A stretch of DNA of 64,000 nt from Rebecca billardiae RCC1528 (Eukaryota; Protista; Haptophyta). Below the pieces are notes generated by a model. It did not search any database. It was not told where the DNA came from and was given only the letters and a program-made list of their open reading frames with translations. The stretch is taken from positions 558,001 through 622,000 of the forward strand of contig OZ251237.1 in assembly GCA_965240325.2 (NCBI GenBank), in the 5' to 3' direction. This document shows positions 1 through 10,160 of this stretch, one piece after another (the stretch's first letter is position 1; each line of letters begins with the position of its first letter). The translations under genes and the position numbers were made by a program.

Positions 1-3
1 CTG

Positions 4-1407
4 ATGGACATGGAGCGCGCCGAGGGCCTCTGCGAGGCGGTGGCGTGCGACCCGCTCGCGTACCAGCGGTGCATGTACGACTGCTGCCTCGCCGCGGCCG
101 ACGAGTGCGCGTCCGCGTACCTGCAGAACCCGCTGATCTGCCCGCCGCCGTCGGCGCCGCCCGCGCCGTCCGCGCCGCCCGCGCCGTCGACGCCGCCGTC
201 TCACCCGCCGCCGCCCTCTTGCACGATCGCCGGCGGCGATCCGTGGGCGCACGGCTGGCCCAAGGTCGCGTGCTGCGGCGAGCTCAACGAGTGCCTCGGC
301 GACTGGGACTCGGACGGCACGGCCAGCTTCCTCTGCCTCGCGCAGTGCAACAAGCCGCCTTCGAAGGACATGTGCTCGGACGCGGACGCAAACCCGTGGG
401 CCTCGGGCGCGCACAAGCCGTGCTGCGCGGGTCTGCAGGAGTGCCTCGGCGACTGGCGGCGCGACGGCGACTGGCACTTCAGCTGCCGCGAGATCTGCTA
501 TGTCGAGCCGCCGTCGGCCCCGCCGGCGCCCTCCGCGCCGCCCGCGCCCTCGGCGCCGCCGTCGGCCCCGCCCTCACCGCCGCCCAAGCCGACGTGCACG
601 CCGGACGCAAAGGACCCGTGGCAGTTCTCGTGGCCCAAGGTGCCGTGCTGCGACGGGCTGAGCGAGTGCCTCGGCGACTGGGACTCGGACGGCACGGCCA
701 GCTTCCTCTGCCTCGCGCAGTGCAACAAGCCGCCCTCAGACGGCATGTGCTCGGACGCGGACGCCGACCCGTGGGCCTCGGGTGCGGAGAAGCCGTGCTG
801 CGCCGGCCTGCAGAGCTGCCTCGGCTTCTGGGCGGGCCCAGACGCTGAGCCGCTCTACCGCTGCAAGGCGCAGTGCGAGTCGCTCTCGGCGACCTTCAAG
901 GCCGCCACCGCCGCCAGCTCGGCGGGTGAGGGCGAGGGGCGCGACGTGAAGCAGTCCGGCGGCAACGGCGGCGACGAGCACAAGCGCGCCGCGGCGGACG
1001 TCGACTCCAACGCCTCGTCGGCTGAGGCGCGCGACCCGACCACGAGAAGCGAGGCCAAGCTTGCGACGGGCGGCGCGGGCGGCGACGCCCACGACGCGGC
1101 CGACTTCATCGTGCTCGCCATCGCCTCCGCGTTCGGCGGCATCTTCGTGTGCCTGCTCTTCGCCCTCTTCAAGATGTGCAACCAGCGCGGGCGGCAGGCG
1201 GCGCAGCCCAAGGCTGCTGCCGCCGACGGCGCCAGGGCGCAGGCCCCGAGCTCGGCGGCCGGCGCCGCCGCCGGCGTCACGCCCACGCAGAGCACGCATG
1301 CACCTCCACAGCCCACGCCCTTCGCGCCGATGACCGTGGTGCCCACGACACCCGGCGGCTCCTCTCGCCGCCGGCGCTCAGGCCTGCTCCCAGATATCGA
1401 GGTCTGA
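4..1407 (+). CDS. 5'-truncated membrane-anchored Cys-repeat/Pro-rich surface protein, paralogue of 1797-6020
   Basis: ORF is open from the window edge. It starts in a post-VWD Cys-rich segment (CEAVACDPLAYQRCMYDCC, matching the neighbour). It has four 6-Cys modules (C..DPW..G...CC.GL.ECLGDWDSDG...C...C), PPAPSA linkers, a TM helix (FIVLAIASAFGGIFVCLLFALF) and a cytoplasmic tail. Confidence 0.85.
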   Translation: MDMERAEGLCEAVACDPLAYQRCMYDCCLAAADECASAYLQNPLICPPPSAPPAPSAPPAPSTPPSHPPPPSCTIAGGDPWAHGWPKVACCGELNECLGDWDSDGTASFLCLAQCNKPPSKDMCSDADANPWASGAHKPCCAGLQECLGDWRRDGDWHFSCREICYVEPPSAPPAPSAPPAPSAPPSAPPSPPPKPTCTPDAKDPWQFSWPKVPCCDGLSECLGDWDSDGTASFLCLAQCNKPPSDGMCSDADADPWASGAEKPCCAGLQSCLGFWAGPDAEPLYRCKAQCESLSATFKAATAASSAGEGEGRDVKQSGGNGGDEHKRAAADVDSNASSAEARDPTTRSEAKLATGGAGGDAHDAADFIVLAIASAFGGIFVCLLFALFKMCNQRGRQAAQPKAAAADGARAQAPSSAAGAAAGVTPTQSTHAPPQPTPFAPMTVVPTTPGGSSRRRRSGLLPDIEV

Positions 1408-1796
1408 TGATGCCACTGGAATGTAGGGCATGCCCATCTGAATGACGATCGCACGTCTGATCATCTCGCTGCGGTGCGCCCGGATGTGACGGCTTGTGGT
1501 AGACGCTGTTCGTGCGCCATCGTGCGGTCGCTCCAGCACTTTCCAGCAGCAGGATTCTGGCCGTGTCAGCAATATTAAAAAAGGGGAATATCTTGTGAAT
1601 TAAACTCTGGTCTCTGTGGAATCGGAGATACCGGCTCGTCTTAAGGCTTATGAACCGGAGATTTGATCTCGCAGATTCATGCAAGTTGTAACTCACCAGA
1701 TAGTATTGGGAGATAGCACCTTAGGACCATACAGTCTAAAGCCTCGGCCGTCGTCAGTTCACGTCGCAACTCACAACGCCTCAACGTTCCGACGAC

Positions 1797-4700
1797 ATGA
1801 CGTCCTCCCGCGTCTTCCTCCTCCTGCTCTGCGCGTCGGGCGCGCGCTCCGCCGCCGCGGCGACGTGCGCGGCACCTGGCGAGGACCCCTGGCTCGGCGG
1901 CACCCACTCGCACTGCTGCGAGGGCCTCACGGAGTGCAAGTCGGACTTTGACTCGGACGGCGTCGCCTCCTTCCTCTGCCTCGAGGACTGCGCGGCGCCG
2001 CCGCGCGCGGACATGTGCACGGGCTCGGGCGGCAACCCGTGGGCGTCGGGCGCGCAGCGCCTGTGCTGCGCTGGCCTCGAGCTCTGCCTCGGCGACTTCG
2101 ACTCGGACGGCGTCACCTCATTCCTCTGCCTCGACTCGTGCGACGCGCTGACCGCCGAATCCGCAATGTGCACGCCCAAGGACGAGGACCCGTACGCGTC
2201 GGGTGCGCAGCGGCCGTGCTGTGCGGGCACGAACGAGTGCCTCTTCTTCTTCGACGGCCCAAACACGGTGCCAACCTACCGCTGCCGCACCGACGGCAAC
2301 TGCGCCTCGTTGTGGGCGCCGTCGGCGCCGCCCGCGCCGTCGGCGCCGCCCGCGCCGTCGGCGCCGCCCGCGCCCTCGTCGCCGCCCGCCATCCCGACGG
2401 GCATCTCGGTGTGCGAGTCGGTGGGCGACCCGCACATCTCGACGTTCGACGGCGCGCGGTACGACGTGCAGGCCATCGGCACTTTCGAGCTCGCGCACGT
2501 GCCCGCCGTCGGGCTGCAGGTGCACACGTACCAGTGCCGCTGGGGCCTCGCCGCCTCGTCCAACACGGCTGTCGCGTTCACGCTCGGCAAGCACACGTAC
2601 GAGCTGTACGGCGAGGAGCTGCTGGTCGACGGTCAGCGCCCAGCGTTCTTCAAGGGCGCGTCCGAGGGCAGCGAGGCGCACACCTTCCTCTCCTCCACGA
2701 GCGAGCACCGCCTCGACGACGGCGCCGTGCTCGCACTGCGCGGCGGCCTCCAGGCGGTGCGCGTCGACCTCGGCATGACGAGCGTGCGCGCGTACCGACG
2801 CACGGGCGACTTCGCCACGTCGCACTGGTACGACGTGTACGTGCGCACGCGCGACGACGCGGTGGCAGACGACGCGGGCGTCGAGGGCCTGTGCGCCGCC
2901 GCGCTCGCGCCCGAGCGCCACCTGCTCTCCAACGACGACTCTCTCTTCAGCTCGGAGTCGGCGCCCTTCGCGCAGATGCGCTCGCAGTGCGAGCAGGCGG
3001 CCGCGGACGCGCCCGAGCCGCCGTGCGGCAATCCGGGCGCGGAGTGCTGCGTGATGGAGCGGTCGCACGCGACCGAGCTGTGCGCGCACGTCAAGTGCGA
3101 CCCCGTCATGCACGAGCGCTGCCTGTACGACTGCTGCGCCTCGGGCGTCGACGAGTGCAAGAAGGCGTACCCGGAGACGGCCAACTGCCACGCCGAGCCC
3201 GAGCGGCCGACGTGCACGGGCGACGGCGGCAACCCGTGGGCGAGCGGCTGGCCGAAGATCCCGTGCTGCTCACCGCTGTCCGAGTGCTTCGGTGACCTCG
3301 ATCACGACCCGAGCACGCACTGGTCCTTCGAGTGCCGCGCATCCTGCCCGGCGCCGCCGCCCGCGCCGTCGGCGCCGCCCGCGCCGTCAGCGCCGCCCGC
3401 ACCCTGGTCGCCGCCCGCGTCGCCGCCCTCGCCGCCCAAGTGCACCATCGCGGGCGGCGACCCGTGGGCGTACGGCTGGCCCAAGATCGAGTGCTGCGCC
3501 GGGCTCGCCGAGTGCCTCGGCGACTTTGACGGCGACCGGGACACGCCGGCGAGCTACGAGTGCCTCGAGGCGTGCCTGTCGCCGCCGCCCGCGCCCTCCG
3601 CGCCGCCGGCGCCCTCGGCGCCGCCCGCGGCGCTCGCAGACTCGGCGATGTGCGAGTCGATCGGTGACCCGCACTTCACCACGTTCGGTGGCGAGCGCTT
3701 CGACTTCATGGGCTTCGGCGGGTACGAGCTCGCCAGCGTGCCCGGCGCCGGCCTCCGCGTCCACGCGTACCAGTGCCGCTGGGGCGTCGCGGCCGGCTCG
3801 AACGGCGCGCTCGCGTGGTCGCTCGGCGCGCACACGTTTGAGCTGTACGGCGGCGCGATGCTCGTCGACGGGGTGCCGCTCGGCGCGGGCGAGCACGACT
3901 TCACGACGGAGGACGGCGCGCACGTCGCCTCGACCGACGGCTTCGGCCTCGTCACCGTCACGCGCGGCGGCGTGCAGCTCCGCATCACGCGGCGCGAGGG
4001 CACGGTCGCGTCGCTCGGGCACTGGTTCGACGCGTACACGTACGTGCCGCAGCAGCACGCCACGGCGGAGGCGGGCGCGGCGGGGCTGTGCGTGAGCAAT
4101 GACACGGCGACGGTGCTGGCCAAGCTCGCGGACGAGCAGATGCTCTTCTCCACCGGCTCGCCGCAGTTCGCCGCGATGCGCGAGAGCTGCGGCGAGCTCG
4201 ACGAGATCCCCGAGCTCGACTGCCCTCATCCCGGTCCGGACTGCTGCCTGATGGACGTCGCACGCGCCGAGGCAAAGTGCGCGCACGTCGCGTGCGACGC
4301 GGTGGCGCACGAGCGGTGCATGTTCGACTGCTGCGCGGCCGGCGTGGACGGGTGCGACGCATCGTACCTCGACATGGCGCCGTGCCCTTCGCCGTCGTGC
4401 ACGGCCGCGGGCGGCAACCCGTGGGCGGGCGGTTGGCCCAAGATCGAGTGCTGCGCCGGCATGACCGAGTGCCTCGGCGACTTTGACCGCGACGACGCCA
4501 CGCCGTTCAGCTACGAGTGCCACGAGACGTGCCCCTCGGCCTCGCCACCGCCGTCGCCGCCGCCGTCGCCGCCGTCGCCGCCATCGTGCACCGAGTCGGC
4601 CGGCAACCCGTGGAAGTACGGCTGGCCCAAGATCGAGTGCTGCGCCGGGCTCACCGAGTGCCTCGGCGACTTTGACCGTGACGACGCCACGCCGTTCACG

Positions 4701-6020
4701 TACGAGTGCCACGAGACGTGCCCCTCGGCCTCGCCGCCGCCACCCTCGCCGCACGCGCCGCCGGCCCCGTCCGCCCCGCCAGCGCCGTCCTTGCCGCCAT
4801 CGCCACCGCCGTCGTCGCCGTCGCCGCCCACGTGCACGGGGTCGGCGGGCAACCCGTGGGCCAAGGGCTGGCCCAAAATCGAGTGCTGCGCGGGGCTGAC
4901 GGAGTGCCTCGGCGACTTTGACCGCGACGACAACACGCCTTTCAGCTACGAGTGCCACGAGACGTGCCCCTCGGCCTCGCCGCCGCCGCCCTCGCCGCAC
5001 GCGCCGCCGGCTCCGTCTGCGCCGCCGGCGCCACCGCCGCCGCCGCCCTCGCCGCCATCGTGCACCGAGTCGGCCGGCAACCCGTGGAAGTACGGTTGGC
5101 CCAAGATCGAGTGCTGCGCCGGGCTCACCGAGTGCCTCGGCGACTTTGACCGTGACGACGCCACGCCGTTCACGTACGAGTGCCACGAGACGTGCCCCTC
5201 GGCCTCGCCGCCGCCACCCTCGCCGCACGCGCCGCCGGCCCCGTCCGCCCCGCCAGCGCCGTCCTTGCCGCCATCGCCACCGCCGTCGTCGCCGTCGCCG
5301 CCCACGTGCACGGGGTCGGCGGGCAACCCGTGGGCCAAGGGCTGGCCCAAAATCGAGTGCTGCGCGGGGCTGACGGAGTGCCTCGGCGACTTTGACCGCG
5401 ACGACAACACGCCTTTCAGCTACGAGTGCCACGAGACGTGCCCCTCGGCCTCGCCGCCGCCGCCCTCGCCGCACGCGCCGCCGGCTCCGTCTGCGCCGCC
5501 GGCGCCACCGCCGCCGCCGCCCTCGCCGCCATCGTGCACCGAGTCGGCCGGCAACCCGTGGAAGTACGGTTGGCCCAAGATCGAGTGCTGCGCCGGGCTC
5601 ACCGAGTGCCTCGGCGACTTTGACCGTGACGACGCCACGCCGTTCACGTACGAGTGCCACGAGACGTGCCCCTCGGCCTCGCCGCCGCCGTCGCCGCCGC
5701 CCTCGCCGCCCTCGCCGCCATCGTGCACCGAGTCTGCCGGCAACCCGTGGAAGTACGGCTGGCCCAAGATCGAGTGCTGCGCCGGGCTCACCGAGTGCCT
5801 CGGCGACTTTGACGGCGACCCGAGCACGGACTGGAGCTACGAGTGCCACGAGGCGTGCCCGGAGCAGGCCCGCCGCCGGCTGCTGCTGGCTCCGCGCCGT
5901 CGCCAGATGCCAACTCCGCCGACCGCGGACGCGGAGGGTCCCGCCTTGCAGACGGCTACAACGATCTTGCGGAGCTGGTTGGACGACATGACGGTGACGA
6001 TGCGGATGATGACGAGGTAA
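1797..6020 (+). CDS. Secreted mucin-like protein: signal peptide, 12 six-Cys modules, two VWD domains, Pro/Ser-rich linkers
   Basis: 1407-aa ORF. Signal peptide MTSSRVFLLLLCASGARS. VWD starts CESVGDPHISTFDG and CESIGDPHFTTFGG, each followed by a C8-like Cys segment. Repeated GNPW..GWPKIECCAGLTECLGDFD modules. Confidence 0.88.
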   Translation: MTSSRVFLLLLCASGARSAAAATCAAPGEDPWLGGTHSHCCEGLTECKSDFDSDGVASFLCLEDCAAPPRADMCTGSGGNPWASGAQRLCCAGLELCLGDFDSDGVTSFLCLDSCDALTAESAMCTPKDEDPYASGAQRPCCAGTNECLFFFDGPNTVPTYRCRTDGNCASLWAPSAPPAPSAPPAPSAPPAPSSPPAIPTGISVCESVGDPHISTFDGARYDVQAIGTFELAHVPAVGLQVHTYQCRWGLAASSNTAVAFTLGKHTYELYGEELLVDGQRPAFFKGASEGSEAHTFLSSTSEHRLDDGAVLALRGGLQAVRVDLGMTSVRAYRRTGDFATSHWYDVYVRTRDDAVADDAGVEGLCAAALAPERHLLSNDDSLFSSESAPFAQMRSQCEQAAADAPEPPCGNPGAECCVMERSHATELCAHVKCDPVMHERCLYDCCASGVDECKKAYPETANCHAEPERPTCTGDGGNPWASGWPKIPCCSPLSECFGDLDHDPSTHWSFECRASCPAPPPAPSAPPAPSAPPAPWSPPASPPSPPKCTIAGGDPWAYGWPKIECCAGLAECLGDFDGDRDTPASYECLEACLSPPPAPSAPPAPSAPPAALADSAMCESIGDPHFTTFGGERFDFMGFGGYELASVPGAGLRVHAYQCRWGVAAGSNGALAWSLGAHTFELYGGAMLVDGVPLGAGEHDFTTEDGAHVASTDGFGLVTVTRGGVQLRITRREGTVASLGHWFDAYTYVPQQHATAEAGAAGLCVSNDTATVLAKLADEQMLFSTGSPQFAAMRESCGELDEIPELDCPHPGPDCCLMDVARAEAKCAHVACDAVAHERCMFDCCAAGVDGCDASYLDMAPCPSPSCTAAGGNPWAGGWPKIECCAGMTECLGDFDRDDATPFSYECHETCPSASPPPSPPPSPPSPPSCTESAGNPWKYGWPKIECCAGLTECLGDFDRDDATPFTYECHETCPSASPPPPSPHAPPAPSAPPAPSLPPSPPPSSPSPPTCTGSAGNPWAKGWPKIECCAGLTECLGDFDRDDNTPFSYECHETCPSASPPPPSPHAPPAPSAPPAPPPPPPSPPSCTESAGNPWKYGWPKIECCAGLTECLGDFDRDDATPFTYECHETCPSASPPPPSPHAPPAPSAPPAPSLPPSPPPSSPSPPTCTGSAGNPWAKGWPKIECCAGLTECLGDFDRDDNTPFSYECHETCPSASPPPPSPHAPPAPSAPPAPPPPPPSPPSCTESAGNPWKYGWPKIECCAGLTECLGDFDRDDATPFTYECHETCPSASPPPSPPPSPPSPPSCTESAGNPWKYGWPKIECCAGLTECLGDFDGDPSTDWSYECHEACPEQARRRLLLAPRRRQMPTPPTADAEGPALQTATTILRSWLDDMTVTMRMMTR
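4576..5689 (+). repeat. Near-perfect 474-bp in-frame tandem duplication (about 2.3 copies) inside the CDS
   Basis: tgcaccgagtcggccggcaacccgtggaag recurs at 4587, 5061 and 5535 (period 474). The intervening sequence is almost identical. Confidence 0.95.
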
Positions 6021-6176
6021 CGATGACGACCGCGCGTGCTGCGGACATATATTCGTATACGTGTATATACAGCAGATGATTGTAGTCATCGGTCTATTCG
6101 TCGCGCGCGATAGTATTCATCGCGTCGTACTGCGCTCTGCTCTGACTCTGCTTGCATCGTCATCTGCTGCTGCTCT

Positions 6177-7870
6177 AATGACCGCGTTCCGCGGTCCTTT
6201 TTCCGTAGAACGAACGTAGTTCAGGGCCCGCGGTGGCGGTGCACCCTCCGTCGCAGTCGTCTATTGACAGACCAGTTGCATATGCCCGTACAACTAGACT
6301 CCATCAGCGGCGCGCCGCCGCCCGCCGCGCCGGGCGGGCCCATTGCAGCCGCCGGCGCGGCGCCGATTGTGTACAGGCGGATGCGACGAGGCGTGATCGA
6401 CGCATGAGCGCGACTCCACGTGCACACCAGGCCACGCGGAGCTGACAGCCAGGGAGCACGGTGCGGGGCCGCGGATTCGTTCGGGCCGCTGCTGCTGACC
6501 GCTGTCCCCGGGGTCACCCCCCGCGCCGGCAGCGCCCGGGAGTAGGGCTGGAGGACTAGTGGAGGAGTAGGGTCCGAGTAGGGTTCGACCAGCGCCTGCG
6601 CGACGGCCGACAGGCGGGCGCGAGGCGTGATCGACGCATGAGCGCAACTCTACGTGCACGCCAGGCCACGCGGAGCTGACAGCCCGAGGGAGCACGGTGC
6701 CGAGGTGCGAGGGCACCGGTGATCCGGTTCGCGCACTCTCCGCGCGTGCACGGGCAGCTGACACACCTCGATCAGGCTCGGCACGCGTTGCAGAGGCACG
6801 GCCAGCTCTGGGGACGTCACGCACCACCGTCGCCCGCGCAGCTCGTCCTCCTCGTAGAGTACCGTTCAGTTCCGAGGCGTAGCCCTCGCTCAGAGTCGAC
6901 CGACGATGGACTCGGATCGTCGGCGCGCCTGCTCTCTCTCAATCAAGAAGAGTTCTGGGAGACCCCGGAAAGGCATGGCAAGGGCGGCGCGTGGTGAAGT
7001 CGAAGGCTCAGAGATCGATCAGTCCGGCATCAGGCGCCGCTGCCCCCGAGCTTGCGAGAGCCCGAACACAGGGCGGCGGCTGCGGCGCCGGCTCGCGGAC
7101 ACGCCGGGGCCGCGCAAGGCCGCGCCGAGGCATCGACAGGGCGGCAGGGGCGGCGGGGGCGCGCGGAGTGAGCGGGGGCACGACGAACGCGATGTCGACG
7201 GCAGTCGGGACCCGCCGCAGCCGCGCGCTCCAGGCGCCATTCGCCGCGCGCACCTGCCCATCGCCGTCCTCACCCGTGGCGGTCGCTCGTGAGCCTCGTG
7301 CCCGTGGCTCGCCTCCAAACGCGGGCCGCCTCTGGTGGGCCGCCGCCCGGGGCCACGCGCGCGCCCAACCAAGTCCGTTCGCGTCAGATAGTATTGAGAT
7401 TCGCCGAGGTTGGCCCATCGGCTACTGACCCTTGCCTCGTCGGCTCCTGATACAGACACGGCGCGATTGAATAGTTGATTCAACTGATTCAAGGGACGTA
7501 CATGGACATGGTCACATCGGTTCGCGGCAATCAGTCAGTATCTAGATACGTCATCGCTCCTTGGACCTTGCTGCAATCTCATTGGCCGGAAAAATCGCTT
7601 GTAACGGTTCGTTACGTTAGGGATCCTAAAGGGCGTGAAGTTTTTGGACGGGCGTCACTCCACGCTTTACTATGAACTTGCCGTGGGCGCGACCTTTTTC
7701 GGCCTTGATGCATGTTAGAGAGGGTCTCAAAATTCGAAACTCGGTCTCCTCCAGCCATGAAAATCGTCCCCCGTCCCTTTTTTCTTGATCAAAGATCTTT
7801 TTGAAACGTTGTTCGGGCCCGCTGGTGCGGGCTCCACGCTGCGCGCTCCGCCCTGCACCGCGGGCCATAA
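6177..7870 (-). mobile_element. Non-autonomous Helentron/Helitron2-like (HINE/DINE-1-type) element, copy A
   Basis: 13-bp subterminal IR GGCCCGCGGTGCA at 7854-7866 (reverse complement) and 6225-6243 (with a 6-bp internal duplication). Partial IR at 7816-7828. 3' hairpin GACCGCG-ttc-CGCGGTC at 6180-6196. Both ends are homologous to 61863-64000. Confidence 0.7.
6387..6700 (+). repeat. About 78-bp imperfect direct repeat (6387-6464 and 6621-6700) inside element A
   Basis: cgaggcgtgatcgacgcatgagcgc...ccaggccacgcggagctgacagcc...agggagcacggtgc occurs twice, 234 bp apart. Confidence 0.9.
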
Positions 7871-8135
7871 TAGTCGTACTACGTAGCAGTAGTAGTATAT
7901 ATAGCGCATCAGCAGTATACGCGCGTTGTAAACTGTACGCGACATGATCCGTCCGCGTTAATTTGCATGCGACGAGATCATATCGTATCTCATGATGACT
8001 CATCATCTCTGAGTCTGGGCTCTCATCGCAGTGATGACTGATGATGCCCAGAGGGGGTGCGCGCCCGCCCTATATCTTCGACGGCGCCGCCCGCTGTCAG
8101 ACGTTCACTCTGCGTGCGCGCCCAAACGCGAGTGA

Positions 8136-8198
8136 TGCCGCGAGACGTGCCCGTCCGCCTCACCGCCGCCGCCCTCGGCGCACGCCCCGCCGGCCCCG
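8136..8198 (+). pseudogene. Relic fragment of the Cys-repeat/Pro-rich gene family
   Basis: Translates as CRETCPSASPPPPSAHAPPAP, versus CHETCPSASPPPPSPHAPPAP in 1797-6020. Confidence 0.75.
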
Positions 8199-8211
8199 GC
8201 CGCGGCCCCGC

Positions 8212-10022
8212 TCACTCCGCGTGCGCGACCAAGCGCTTGAGCCGCGCTCGGCCGTCGGCCGAGAGCTCGGCGGCGGCAATGTGCGGGTGGAACGCGTCGA
8301 CGATGAGGTACGCGCTCGAGCGGAGCGCGTGGGTCAGCCGCGCGTGCGCGCGCGCGAGGCGCTCCACGCGCGGCGTCCACTGTGCGCGTGCGCGCGCGGG
8401 GCGGAGGGGGCAGCGGGCGGGGATGGCTCAGGGGTGGCACAGCGGCCGGTCGCGCCCCGCCGAGCGCCCCGCCGCGCGCGCCACGCCGCGCGCACCTGTC
8501 GCAGCGGGCCGAGGACGAGGCGCCGGTGCTGCGGCGTCGAGCTCGCGTGCGCGGCCCCGCCGCGCGGCACCCCGTGCGGCAGCTGCGTCAGCCCGGCCAG
8601 CGCGGGGCTCTCCAGCGCGCCGATCCCGGCCAGCAGCCCGCTGAGAACATTCTCAACAGATCGGGACGTCTGCACGAGGCCGTAACTGTCCTCCTCTCGC
8701 GAGGCGGCGACGAGCAGCGCGGCGGCGCGCGCGGCCCAGATGCAGAGCTGCGCGCCGCCGAGGGCCTCGCGCCAGAGCGCGACGGCCACGCCGTGCTGCA
8801 GCCGCTGCCACAGCGCCGGGCTCACGCCGGGCGGCGCGCTCGGCGGCTGCGCGCAGTGGCGGTCGACAGCCACCAGCGCCGCCGTGAGCGCGCGCACGTG
8901 CCGCGAGCAGCCGTCGAGCGCGGCGCGCAGCAGGGTGCCCGTGTGGTCGGCGAAGAGCTCGGCGCGGCGGTGCGCGTCGAGCCGCGCCAGGCAGCACAGG
9001 TCGAGCAGCGCCAGGTGCTGCGTCAGCGCCGGCTGCTCGCGCGCCAGCGCCGCCGCGAGCGGGAGCGGCGCGCTCGGGGCCACGCCGACCGCGGCGCGCG
9101 TGAGCGGCGCGCGCCGCGTGTACAGAACGCCGGCGAGCAGGATGCAGGCGCGCCAGCCCAGCGCGAAGAGCGCCGCGGCGACGAGGACCTGCAGCCAGTG
9201 CGCCCAGCCCGCGACGAGCACGGCGGCGCGCGCGCCCTCGGCGCCCGGCGCGGCGCCGAGCTGCAGGGCGGCCGCGCGGCCACGGAGCGCAAGCGTGACG
9301 CAGTGCAGCAGGCGCATGAACGGCGTGAGCGTGCGCACGGGGGCGAGGCTGACGAGCGCGAGCAGGGCGAGGTGGGTGCGCGCGCAGAGCTTAAGCGCGC
9401 CCAGCGCGGCGCCCGGCGCGAGCGGGCGCAGCCGCAGGAACGCGTCCTGCTGCAGCTGCGGGAACGACAGCGACTGGTCTGAGAGCGGCGCGTACGCGCA
9501 CAGCGCCGCGCCCGCCGAGAGGAGCACGCCCGCCGTGGCGATGAGCGGCTCGGGCGCGTAGCACAGGAGCTCGGCCTCCGCGCCGGCGCACGCGTAGATC
9601 CACGGCCGGCCGCCGCTGCGGGCCGCCTCGGTGCCCAGGCGGATCGCGTCCGAGGCTGCGACGCTCGCGGCGATCAGCGCGGCTGGTGCCATCTTGGCGC
9701 GGCCGTGCAGCTCGCGCGCGAGGGTCGAGCGGATGGCGAACCACGAGGAGGGCGGCTCGTCGAGCTCGCACGTGGCGGGCAGCACGCCGATGGCGACGCG
9801 TCGATGGTTGGCCAGCACGAGCGCGAACGCGAAGAAGGATGGCAGCACGCGCACGGGCGCCCACGCCAACGCCGCGCCGGGCGAGCTGCTCAGCAGGAGG
9901 CATGCGAGAGCGTGCGCGCAGAGCAGCGTGGCGTACAGGTAGACGAAGCCTTGCAGCATGTGGTCGCGATCGCGCGCACTGGCCCACCGCGAGAGCGCCG
10001 CCGACGCCTCGCCGCTCGACAT
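8212..10022 (-). CDS. NDC1: Transmembrane nucleoporin NDC1 (predicted intron 8380-8495)
   Basis: Several N-terminal TM helices. Motifs HLALLDL...D.HRR.ELF and IWAARAAALLVAASREEDSYGLVQ. Spliced last exon LTHALRSSAYLIVDAF matches the Ndc1 C-terminus. Confidence 0.85.
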
Positions 10023-10160
10023 CGCGCGCTTGCTCGGCCTCGCCGCAAGCCCGCGACGTTGGCGGCTTGGCGCGGCTGCAGCGGCTCCCTTGCGTGGCCG
10101 GACTCGTGTGCCGCGCGGCGGCGCTCTCGCGCGGGACCACCCTTTGCGCGGGTCATCATC
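10023..10160. promoter_or_regulatory. Putative bidirectional promoter, NDC1 / SAC3
   Basis: Divergent ATGs at 10022 (-) and 10161 (+), 138 bp apart. Confidence 0.55.
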
